DNA from: Octopus bimaculoides
Taxonomy: Eukaryota
Assembly (NCBI RefSeq): GCF_001194135.2
Contig: NC_068982.1
Location: 52,386,722 to 52,418,837 of the forward strand
Length of the DNA: 32,116 nucleotides
Reading direction: 5' to 3'
Part shown: in pieces, positions 21,831-32,116 of the stretch
Numbering within the stretch: position 1 is the stretch's first letter
How the letters are laid out: each line of letters begins with the position of its first letter
The notes under the pieces: generated by a model
Database searches by the model: none
Told to the model about the DNA's origin: nothing
Seen by the model: the letters and a program-made list of their open reading frames with translations, nothing else
Position numbers and translations under genes: made by a program

Positions 21831-22575
21831 CCTTTTATCTTTTACTAGTTTCAGGTAAAGACTAGGGCCATGCTGGAGCACCGCATTTCAGTGTTTTGGA
21901 GTATCCCTTTTGCACTGTTTTTGGTGAAGAAGCGAGTGGGAGGAGCTGCTCTTCTTTGCGCCTCCTGCCGCGATGTGGGTTCATCTGGGATTTCAGATAA
22001 AAATAGGTGCAGATGCATTTTGATGGTCTCCACATCCACATCTCGCAAATCTCTGAGGTTATTTGGCAGGATGTTAAACAGTTGTCCCCTTGAAACCCAA
22101 GCTGTTGCAGTACTGGCTCCTTTTCCGAGATGAAAGAGACGGAATCTCTTGTATTGTGCAGTGCCGTCCAGTTCGGTGGTTGGTATAGCCTTTAATCCCA
22201 AAGTTGGGAGGAAGACCTTCCAGGATCTTCCATACGTATATCACTGCATATCGTTCTCGCCTTATCTCCAGGGAGTAGAGCTTCAATTCTTGTAGCCTCT
22301 CCTTGTAGCTGATCTGTTTCACCGAGTCAGTCTTCTTTGTGTAGTGGTGCCGGATTGACTCGAGCTCCGCCACCAGTTTGACGCCCTGCGGCGACCACTG
22401 CTGGGGGATGTAATCCAGACGACTGAGAACAAAAGTCCTCCATAGGAGTAGCAAGGCAAGCTTATTTTTAGTTCTGACTGATCGAAGAATTCATTCAGCT
22501 ATTCGCCTGCACAATGCTACCATGTTGGCAATATACACAGGAAATGTTGCATTATTACTCATGTAGATTCCACCC
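21831..22575 (-). mobile_element. CR1-group LINE, 3' end (RT C-terminus, short 3' UTR, TAAAAGA-type tail)
   Basis: YMSNNATF...ILRS...LLLWRTFVLSRLDY..QWSP...LESI..HYTK...SYKERLQELKLYSLE.RRERYAVIYVWKILEGL...LFNILP..LRD...IPDEP. These are typical CR1/L2-group ORF2 C-terminal motifs, here with frameshifts. Confidence 0.88.
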
Positions 22576-22855
22576 CCATTAGAATTTTAGGCCTTATACC
22601 TACCACAGAAATAAAGTTATCTTGGTTTTTAGTGCTCAGTTTCTGTTCAACGTTCGTTGTCCTGTATATCCTCACAATTCTCTTCCCCAAGTCGAATTAG
22701 AATGATGAACACTAATTTCATGTCAACACTTTTAAACACTGTGCCAAGATCACACTGGACGATTAATGGTTTATAAAATTTGGGAGGGTCTGTAATTTCA
22801 ACACACAATAATAATGTCTTGTATAGTAACAAAGCAACATAGGTCTTGGAGAGAC

Positions 22856-22895
<40 letters not shown>

Positions 22896-23012
22896 GCGCA
22901 CACGTATGTATGTATTTAATGATATCTGGTTTTTGGCTATAGTTAACCAAATTCGTTCAACAATGACTGTTTTATAGATATCTGCCTGGATTTATTAATC
23001 CCTTTTACTTCT

Positions 23013-23165
<153 letters not shown>

Positions 23166-23170
23166 CTCAA

Positions 23171-23205
23171 GGTGAAGGCGTGTGGCCAAGTGGTTAGTGT
23201 GATGT
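23171..23205 (+). mobile_element. Isolated tRNA-like SINE head fragment
   Basis: GGTGAAGGCGTGTGGCCAAGTGGTTAG with A-box TGGCCAAGTGG. No B-box follows. Confidence 0.35.
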
Positions 23206-23239
23206 AATGTCCAAGAGAGGCTGTATTTCATATCGATAT

Positions 23240-23735
23240 TACTATCTTACCAAATCTTCGGGAAACACATCCAGGCATAGGTTTTTGGTATGCTGAGCGT
23301 TTCACATCCTGGTTTTCTTTAAAGTATGTTAGTTTAGCTGCTGTGGGTTGCATGAGAGGTCATCAGGAAGGGAATGCTTTCTATGGAGCTCGCTGCCGAC
23401 ACGTAGGATATTGTTCTCTTCACATTATAGCACTAAGTTAATGTATTCATTTTTGTTGCAGTTGTTTAGGAGGCGTTGTCTCAGGGAGACTATACGACAT
23501 TCGAAGGCTGTCTGCACTGATATCAAGCCTCTGCCTCCATCTCTTCTTAGGTAGAGCCTGTCGATGTTACTATTTCTGTAGAGATTTTCACTTGATGTCA
23601 GTATCATGCAAATTTTAACGTCTGTGGAGTGAATTTCCTCTACAGAACAGTCAAATATCTCAAATGTTGGAATCAGTATTGGTTCTGAAATGCACTGTGG
23701 GATATTATCTTGTTGCAAGAAGAGAGTTCCGACCT
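23240..23735 (-). pseudogene. R4/Dong-clade non-LTR retrotransposon fragment (post-RT region)
   Basis: PILIPTFEIFDCSVEEIHSTDVKICMILT...NSNIDRLYLRRDGGRGLISV. The xDRLYLxRxxGGRGL motif preceded by DxKxRKxLT is characteristic of R4/Dong ORFs. Stops and frameshifts downstream. Confidence 0.7.
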
Positions 23736-23756
23736 CTATATTTTTCTAAGTCTGGC

Positions 23757-23787
<31 letters not shown>

Positions 23788-23840
23788 TGTATGTATGTAT
23801 GTATGTATGTATGTATGTATGTATGTATGTATGTATATGC
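23757..23840. repeat. (TATG)n microsatellite
   Basis: Direct reading. Confidence 0.95.
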
Positions 23841-23921
23841 ATGTTTGTAATGAGTGTGAGAGAGAAAGAGATGACCAGGTAACAGTGATATAATCACACG
23901 CACACGCGTACACAAGCAGAA

Positions 23922-23923
<2 letters not shown>

Positions 23924-23976
<53 letters not shown>

Positions 23977-24012
23977 AGGGGAGAGAAAGATAGAGAAAGA
24001 AAGAGAGAGAGA
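23924..24012. repeat. (GA)n microsatellite
   Basis: Direct reading. Confidence 0.9.
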
Positions 24013-24493
24013 ATGAGTTAAGAAGAACGAGACACGCCAAAGCTACAGGAAAAGTAGCTTATGATTATTTTGTATCAATGTTCAATGATATTTACAACAG
24101 AAAGACTTCTATTTGTGTTGCTGCCGGCCTGACGCCCCCAATAATTACAGTGTTAGAACAGAAAATAAGAACATGTTTTGTTCAATATTGTATTCGTTCA
24201 GTGTTGTAGAAAAGCAAGACAGAATTCATTGGCGAGAATTCCTAGATATATATGAAAAGTGTGAGTTACATCATAATATCACAGTGCATCTAATATTTTG
24301 AATGTCGTGAACGACGCTAGCTTTAATTCTTTGTCTCAGAAATTTCTCAAAGGGACTTGTATACTTAAAAAACATAGGATTCGGTGTTTCCACCTGATTT
24401 GTATCTTCAGTTATGGAGGAGACCAAATGTCGGTGCAGAGCCGACATAAGATATCAGTTTCGGTTTATAAGCCTTAAAAATTCACTCCGACAC

Positions 24494-24580
24494 TGCCTTC
24501 GAGCATAGCGCAATGGATAAAGGCGCTAGTTAATGCTGTACAGTCGCCTAGAGGTTCTGAGTTTAATCTCAGGCAAGGCA
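24494..24580 (+). mobile_element. tRNA-like SINE head or tRNA pseudogene
   Basis: A-box TAGCGCAATGG with stem TAGCG/CGCTA. T-arm-like CTGAG-TTTAAT-CTCAG. Outer TGCCT/AGGCA pairing. Confidence 0.5.
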
Positions 24581-24842
24581 TTAAGGTGAATCACAATACA
24601 CCTGAGGCAGGCTGGAACGTACACTGCGGAAATGCAGTGAAAGCAGCAACCAAGATGAGGACACCACTCCGACTAGTACATAATTGAATAAATGATGACC
24701 AAAGATCCAGTAGACATTTTCTTTGCTAAATACAATTGAAAATATTGAGATATTGCTACAACGTAAATGGCGAGAGTGAGGACAACATCTTTACTTGTGT
24801 CGCACACTAGAAGGATCCTTTAAAAGGAAGGTAAGCTCCAGG

Positions 24843-25534
24843 CAGTGGCGGCTCATGTGTAGGAGCTGCGGAACTGCAGCACCCCCCCACCTATTTCCAC
24901 TTGATATTATCGATAACATTCAATATAATGAGTCCATTTTTTCTTTAATTCTTTCTTTATACTTGTACACTATATAATCCTTAAGCTTAACGTCAATAGT
25001 CATCCCTTAGTTTATGAAAAAAATACAAAAATCCTTTTATAGAACTGTGCGCTTCATAGTTCCAGCACGCAGTATTTGGCTGTTGTGCGCATGCTCACAT
25101 GTCCGAGATAGGAAGCTTCACACGNNNNNNNNNNNNNNNNNNNNNNNNNNNNNNNNNNNNNNNNNNNNNNNNNNNNNNNNNNNNNNNNNNNNNNNNNNNN
25201 NNNNNNNNNNNNNNNNNNNNNNNNNNNNNNNNNNNNNNNNNNNNNNNNNNNTATTATCCTGCTTCCAGCTTCAGTGTTGCTGCCAGGAATTGAAAAATAG
25301 GGCACATTTGCCCCACTTATTTTGTGATTTAGGGGGGAATTTTGAAAAACAAGGGGTAATTCTCAGCGGTGTTCAGTGAACAAATTTAACACACTACCCG
25401 GCAGTGGCGAACCGATCAAGTTTATGTATAAATTTTCTTGTTATATGTTTGTTTCTTTTAACACAATATTAAAACAACAGCTAAAAATTTTCTGAAGCAG
25501 CATCCCGACTAATTTTATTTACGAGCCGCCACTG
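24843..25534. mobile_element. hAT-type non-autonomous element (MITE) with 12-bp TIRs and 8-bp TSD
   Basis: TIRs CAGTGGCGGCTC (24843) and GAGCCGCCACTG (ends 25534). Flanks GCTCCAGG (24835-24842) and GCACCAGG (25535-25542) match at 7/8. Contains gap 25125-25251. Confidence 0.75.
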
Positions 25535-25789
25535 GCACCAGGCGAAAAAAAAAAAAAAAAAAAACCTAGCGATTTTGCTTGAGGAATTTATTCAAGGAAA
25601 GTCAAGGTGGAAAATAACACACACACACTCTGAGAAAACTATAGTTTAAGTAGTCTAAATTAGACAAGAGTTGATAAAGTAGCAGTAGGGTTATGAATAA
25701 AAAAGACATATTATAAATAATGGTCATTACATATTCTTTTATTGTAGTAAGTTCGACTTACAGCTGTTTCCGATTGTCATTATAGATTA

Positions 25790-26135
25790 GTTCGTTGATC
25801 GGTTTACTCAATCGGTCCACTGAGCGGCTAAGAAAACTGAACGGCCGTGTCTTCTATATCACTCTAATATACTAATTTTCAAAAGAAAAAAATATCTATT
25901 ACCATAAAATAAAATAAAATTAAACAATACAAGTTACTCATTTGTATATTTGCAATAAATGCTAATATTGTGTCTAAATTTCAACATAATTGCAGTTTAT
26001 AGTTCATCACCAATCTATTTGTAAATTCATGGCTGTATTCCTAGTTTGACTGGTCTTTTACACTGTGATATAGAAGACGATTGTCCAGTTTTTCTCATCC
26101 GATCAGTGGACCGATTATGTAAACCGATCGACTAT
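25790..26135. mobile_element. MITE-like element with about 65-bp imperfect TIRs
   Basis: 25797-25862 GATCGGTTTACTCAATCGGTCCACTGAGCGG...GTCTTCTATATCAC is the reverse complement of 26065-26129. AT-rich spacer. Confidence 0.75.
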
Positions 26136-27115
26136 ATATATGCTCCATTCAAACATGAACAAGCAAGAAAAAACACGAAAAGACACGAAAAAATACGCGA
26201 GGACGTGGAATAAGTACAGTGTTATTGGACGTTCAGGAAAGGAAAGAAAAGAGGATTTAACGTTTCGATCGGAGATCTTCGTCAGAAATATAGGAAAAGT
26301 TCAAAGAAAGGAAGACAGAGAGAGAAAATCGCCAACGATGCACACGCGGTCACATATTGGATATATGTACATGTATGTATGTATGTATGTATGTATGTAT
26401 CTATCTAGCTAAATGTCTGTCTGTCTGTATGTATGTTTGTAGATATATGTGGTGAGTGATTGAGAGAATTCTCGATTTAATGAATTAATGTCCGTAACTA
26501 CCGAATGTCTGTTAAACTGAAGATAACCTAGGAGCCATTTTTATTGTTTGTAAAGTAAAAAAAAAATGTAAAACAATGTTTACTATTGCACCGTATGCAA
26601 CATAATACATATGCAATTGTTATTGGAGGAGACTGGGGTCATAACTTTGTCGTCCCAAGCTACTTCAAGCAAATTATTTTAGAGTTTCCTGATACAAAGA
26701 ATCTAGACAAGATTTAGCTTCACACGTAATAACAATACGTAATAGGACTGAAACAACGACTTTTATTTCACAATGAAATCAGTGAAACAATGTCATATTG
26801 ACTGAATGCAATATGAAATGCTTTAATTCTATCGCACTTATGATATACCATCTAGTCTCTCTCTCTCTCTTAATACACCAACACATGGGCGTTCGACATA
26901 CTAGAAATTGCAGCTACATCTCTCTCAAATTATATTTCATCATCTGATTGTTATTTATGGTTCTCAGATTTATCACTATCCAGTATAGAATACTGAACAG
27001 TAAATTGAAAGTAGATATATGTAATTGAATAATACGAGAAGTACAGATTACTAAATAAATAAATACATAAATATATAAATAAATGAGTGGGAGTTCTCGA
27101 GTTATAAAAATACTT

Positions 27116-27131
27116 GTCATCATCATCATCA

Positions 27132-27207
<76 letters not shown>

Positions 27208-27238
27208 CGTCGTCGTCGCCGTCGTCGTCTTCGTCGTC
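27116..27238. repeat. (TCA)n(TCG)n trinucleotide repeat
   Basis: Direct reading. Confidence 0.95.
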
Positions 27239-27682
27239 CAATGGAAAGTAATGAAAAATTAGCTCGAAAATAATTATATAATTAAAAAAAGGTTTTTGTG
27301 AGAAGGGTTTACAATTTAAAAAAAAAGTTAATAAGATAGGAAATTGACTACTTTTATTATTAAAGTGAAAGAAAAGATAGCTTAAGGGTTATATTTTATA
27401 TATTAGATGTGATTATTTCTGGTTGAGCGTATTAAATCAGTAAAGGATTTAAAGGAATTAAGAGATTAAAGCAGAATAACTACTAAATATACCCATAATT
27501 TAAAACATCTAATCATTTATGATTTATAATTCATGGTTTCCAAAAAAGGCGTTCCACTTAGTGATGAACGGAGAAGAGGATTCTAAACAGAAAATATTAA
27601 TTTTACTTTAAATTGAAATTTTTTTAAAAGAATTCAAGAATAAGGAAAAGAATTATAAAAAAATATTACTGTCCCAAATATT

Positions 27683-27829
27683 GGTTTCAAATTTTGATAC
27701 AAGGCCAGCAATTTCGTGGGTTGGGGTGTAAAAGTCAACCTCGGCAGAATTTGAATCAGAACGTAAAGACAGACGAAATGCCGCTAAGCATTTTGCCCTG
27801 CGTGCTAACGATTCTGCCAGCTCGCCGCC
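27683..27829 (-). mobile_element. Family A SINE, variant 3' tail, central deletion
   Basis: Intact head GGCGGCGAGCTGGCAGAATCGTTAGCACGCAGGGCAAAATGCTTAGCGG...GATTCAAATTCTGCCGAGG. The core is absent. Tail TGCTGGCCTTGTATCAAAATTTGAAACC. Confidence 0.85.
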
Positions 27830-27881
27830 ACACTCTCCTAAATATTAGCAGATAAAATTTGTCTTTAATAACAAAAGTAAG

Positions 27882-28029
27882 CCTTCTACTGTAGGCACAG
27901 GGCCTGAAATTTTTGTGGAAGGAACTAGTCGATTACATCGGTCCCACTATTTAACTGGTACTTATTTTATTGACTCCGAAAATGATGAAAAGCAAAGTCG
28001 ACCTCAGCGGAATTTGAACTCAAAACGTT
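27882..28029 (-). mobile_element. Family A SINE, 5'-truncated
   Basis: CCTTCTACTGTAGGCACAGGGCCTGAAAT...AGTCGATTACATCG...CTGGTACTTATTTTATTGAC...AAAGTCGACCTCAGCGGAATTTGAACTC matches 1296-1445. Confidence 0.85.
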
Positions 28030-28509
28030 AACCTGGACATCAATGCTTTGAAACTGATCTATTTCCATTACATTTCAGAAATATTCGGCGCTGAGTTGCT
28101 GAAACAAAAATATCGGTATAGTAAATATTCTGCTCAATACTACAGATTTGCTTGTCAGTTGCTTGACCTTAACCACTTGAGCATATCCTTTAGTGGCTGA
28201 CAATATGTACATCTCTGATCATGAGTAGGAGTAGTGGGGAGTATCATAGTGTTAAGATGGATCATTTGGGGTTTGAATAAATGTAACAAAAGAAAAGTTT
28301 GAAGGAAATAGTCATTTTTCTTGCTTTCTGGGGGTAAGCAAATTGGAAATAACAGTTGATACCCAAGGACAAAAATCGTGTTACACAGTGTAATGAGTTC
28401 CAAGCTGAAGTAACGAGCTCTCATTGGGTTCTTAACGATGGAGGGATGCAGGTTGCTCGGTATCCACAGAAGGCTTCTGGTTCTTTACAGAGATGACACC
28501 ATTGGCAAG

Positions 28510-29275
28510 AGCAATGCGCACTGATGAAAGATGAAGTTTAAATGAGGTAAAAATCAACATTAGATACAAACTAAGCTGTGAGAGATGATCAGTTGCAACC
28601 ATTGGCTCGAATGAAGAAAAACTTGGAACATCTGAAAGTGTTCAAAGTGGATACATTGATAAATGACACTCAATTTGAGTGAATGATTGGTAGAAGATTG
28701 CTCTGATCTGCTGAATAGCGCTTTTTTCTTGCCGACTTGGTGTTAGGAGGTAAAATATGGGTGTATCTTTATGATTCGGAAAAGAAAACTCAGTCTATGG
28801 AATGACATCACATATTATCGCCAAGGTCTAAAATGTTCAAGAACCAACGATCAGTACAGAAAGTCATGGTGACTAGTTTTGGGGATAACAAGGGTGGCAT
28901 TCTCATTGGTGCTCTAGAACGTGGCTGTACAGTGGACAGCTAGCTGATATCGTGCATACAGCCAGAAGACAACGAGTGGTACATTCATATACCCAAAAAG
29001 CTTAGAGAAGCCATGAAGAGGAAGACACCGAACAAGAATTTGAAAATGATCCATATTCACCATGACAACGCGCGACAACAAACATGTTTGGTTATAAATT
29101 AGACAATGGGAAAACTAGTGCTGGTTAGTGGTATGCCATCGACCGCAAAGTTAGATCTTGCGTCCTCTGATTTCCAAGTGAAAGTGGCTGTGAAGTAATG
29201 GGCACAACAGTGCACACCTGAATTTTTTTCCAAGAAGATTTTCAGTTTGTACCACTTCTGATCGACACTGTGTTA
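28510..29275 (+). pseudogene. Mariner (DD34D) transposase, heavily decayed
   Basis: WVYLYDSEKKTQSME*HH..SPRSK...QKVMVTSF...KKLREAMKRK...HHDNAR (29058-29075)...DLASSDF (29154-29174). These match mariner WVYxYD, HDNAR and DLAPSD motifs. Confidence 0.85.
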
Positions 29276-29769
29276 AGCAGTATAACCTGCCGACATGTGC
29301 AATTTCAACGTTCTATGTCTACCTTGCGTTGTGCTGATCTCCGTCTGTCTGTCCATCACAAGATATATGTAAAGAAGAGAAAGAAGGGAAGAAAACAGGA
29401 GAGGAGAAAAGTTATTGTTGAGAGAGAAATACAGTGCGATAAAGAGATAAAGAGAGAGAAAGAGAGGGAGTGTGTGTGTATATGAAAGATAGATAGACAG
29501 GTAGTGTTATCAATATAGCAACTAACAAGTTTTGATTAAAAACGCGGAAAATTTCAAGTACCAGTCTTAAAGCAACGTAACACAGCTTCAAAAATCGAGA
29601 AAAGTGTTTAACTTCATAAAAATATAGGCAGTTATCTTTTTAGTTGTTTGTGTGTGCGTGTGTATATTTCTGTGTTTTTGAGTGTTTCTGTATTTCTTTC
29701 AAAATAGAGGCAGCGCAACACAAACTTTTAAAAAAAGACTTTCACTATAATTACGTTGTTGTTGCTGAG

Positions 29770-29786
29770 AGAGGAAGTCAGTGAGT

Positions 29787-29821
<35 letters not shown>

Positions 29822-29886
29822 GGAGAGAGAAAGAGAGAAAGAGAGAGGGAGAGAGAAAGANNNNNNNNNNGAGAGAAAGAGAGAGG

Positions 29887-29935
<49 letters not shown>

Positions 29936-29950
29936 GGAGTGTGTGTGCGT
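29770..29950. repeat. (GA)n-rich compound microsatellite with a 10-nt gap
   Basis: Direct reading. Confidence 0.9.
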
Positions 29951-31237
29951 GTATGAGAGGTAGATAAGTAGAGTGTTGTCATAAAAGTAACTAACAAGAC
30001 TTTCACTATATAACAGTCTACTATCAAAAGAAGGTACCGTGCATGATTAACAAATAATTTTACCGGTAGCGTAGGACCCAGTTAATAAAAATGATTGCTT
30101 TTGGCACAACCTTTATGTATGTGTTGTAGTTGTTATTGATGTTTGTACGTCTGGCAAATAACGAATTGTAATTTATTCTCAAAATATGTCTTTAAATGTT
30201 TGTTACTTTAGTAGGTTTGAAACGTACCATAGTCACGCAAGTGAAACTTATACGTGTGTTTGTAAATATATTTTCAGATAAAGAAAGTTGATTCTTGAGA
30301 AGGATTGTAGTTGTGTATCAACATCAGAAAAAAGTAAGTCGAGACATGTTAACTTTCGAATATAATGCATATTGTTGTTGGTATTGTTTAGCTTCTGCCC
30401 TGCCATCGTCTAGAAAGCTATGATCAAGGGCGTCCATTTCGTTAGCGTTCCGTTTTTAGAAATGTATCTAAATGTTGTGAGATGGTAGAGGCATTAGACG
30501 CAAGAGTATAAAATGTTTTGGCGCCTCTCATTCGAATTCGAGGCTGTCTTATTTGACATCAAGCGTTTTAATGGATATCTCGTTCTTTCCACCACCTCCT
30601 TCTCTGTTTATGTGTGCATGCATCTAGTTATGTTTGTATGAATTTGCAATGAATCGCTTTCTCCCTCTCTCTCCTCCTCTCTTTCTCTCTACGTTTCTCT
30701 CCATCCCTATCACGCTCTTTTCCCCCCTCTTTATCCTTTACTCTATCTGTATGTGACTATTTTTGTGCATGCGTGTATCTTTGCCAACAGCGTCGAAAAG
30801 TTCTGGCGCCAAGACGGGCTGAATGTCGTGCCAGCCGTTCCAAATTGTCAGCGACGAAACAACAGCGTCAAATTGTCCTGTTCCAAGGTAAAATATCACG
30901 CAGTATTTCTTCGGATTCTCTTCACTCTGAAGTCAAAACGATCAGAATTCACTTACTTGATCAACAGAAACACCTGCCCCTGAAGTAGCGTGTAAGTGGC
31001 CGAGCATTCCTCTGTCATGTGTGCCCTTAGCATCATTCTCACGCAGAAAATGCTGACATGGTGAAATAGTTGTACCTTTTAAATTACACGTTTTTATACC
31101 GTTTCCATCAATCCAGTTTCAGGCTTTCAGCATAATTCGATTTGGGACTACCAAAATGGGCGCTGCTCTACAAGTCTACGCTGTGGAAAGAAACGTGTGA
31201 GGCTGCTCAGCGAACTTGTTAGTAATAACACTACCCT

Positions 31238-31244
<7 letters not shown>

Positions 31245-31276
<32 letters not shown>

Positions 31277-31350
31277 TTACACACACACACACACACACAC
31301 AGACACACACACAGACACACACACAGACACACACACACACACACACACAC
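31245..31350. repeat. (GT)n followed by (CA)n, self-complementary
   Basis: (GT)n-GTGTA-GATT-TACAC-(AC)n. Confidence 0.9.
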
Positions 31351-31357
31351 ATATACT

Positions 31358-31572
31358 TGTGTGTCTGTGCTCGTCCCATCACCGCCGCTTGACAACCGGT
31401 GTTGGTGTGTTTACGTCCCCATAATCTTGCAGTTCGGCAAAAGTGCCGATAGAATATGTACCAAGCTTTAAAAATATAATGTACTGGAGTCGATTCGCTC
31501 AACTAAAATTCCTCCAGGCGGTGCTCCAGCATGGCCGCAGTCTAATGACTGAAACAACTAAAAGAATAAACG
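31358..31572 (+). mobile_element. SINE 3' part, family C, second copy
   Basis: Homologous to 12540-12743. Ends GGCGGTGCTCCAGCATGGCCGCAGTCTAATGACTGAAACAACTAAAAGAATAAA. Confidence 0.75.
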
Positions 31573-31597
31573 ATTATACGAGTGTATATACACACAC

Positions 31598-31646
<49 letters not shown>

Positions 31647-31999
31647 CTTTTGAGTATCTGTTATCGTCATACGAAGGGAGGTAATTCTAATCGTATTAGT
31701 ATTACCTCCCTTGATACTTTTCTTTACAACATCGATCTGATATCCGTAGCTAGCATCTGCATAAATGTTTACAGCAGACGCATATATGCTATTATTATTG
31801 ATGACAGCTAAAAAAAGGCAAGATAAAAAACATTGCTGAAAATTGATATAAGTGAATGGTGTATAATGATGCAGCATTCATTATGCATCTATTTTCAATG
31901 ATGTTTTTATAGCATGTATAGCAAAATATTTCTAGCGACATTCTAGTTCCATCACTTTTCGATTTAATGACAAATAATCTCTAAAGACCTACCTCACAT

Positions 32000-32002
<3 letters not shown>

Positions 32003-32034
<32 letters not shown>

Positions 32035-32058
32035 CCATACACATACATACACACATAC

Positions 32059-32116
<58 letters not shown>
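32003..32116. repeat. (CA)n/(TA)n microsatellite
   Basis: Direct reading. Confidence 0.95.

Noticed and set aside
24494-24580. Functional tRNA gene
   Set aside because: The anticodon arm and T-loop are non-canonical. It is kept only as a tRNA-derived head.
26951-27241. Poly-Asp ORF
   Set aside because: It is the (TCG)n/(TCA)n microsatellite. The remainder is low-complexity AT-rich sequence.
28100-28270. Segment that looks like another abundant octopus interspersed repeat
   Set aside because: Only recalled from memory. There is no second copy or diagnostic motif in the window to support a call.
30945-31060. Perfect minus-strand donor CAA/GTAAGT near 30953
   Set aside because: The upstream sequence looks like a decayed SINE tail, and I found no convincing acceptor or coding frame.

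Overview
Eukaryotic, AT-rich, microsatellite-saturated DNA with 11 N-gaps (about 4.5 kb). I found no intact host gene. It reads as intronic or intergenic. The SINE families and the microsatellite load look like an octopus (coleoid cephalopod) short-read assembly; this is recognition from memory, not a search. The recognisable coding sequence is all decayed transposon: a Helitron Rep N-terminus, non-LTR fragments of four clades (CRE, RTE, CR1-group, R4/Dong), a Penelope-like GIY-YIG tail, a Tc1 and two mariner relics. There are also at least 10 SINE copies or fragments and several MITE-like inverted-repeat elements, one a hAT-type element with an 8-bp TSD. The most interesting observations are: (1) a CR1-group LINE and a SINE family with the same 3' tail in one window (putative partner pair); (2) a fold-back mariner built from two 5' ends; (3) an RTE fragment with a twin-priming-like inversion; (4) SINEs stacked in (TAA)n arrays, with an R4/Dong relic elsewhere in the window; (5) many long hairpins. 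Most ORFs in the supplied track are microsatellite or N-gap artefacts. Coordinates were read by eye and identity figures are visual estimates. I see no convincing wholly new gene system.
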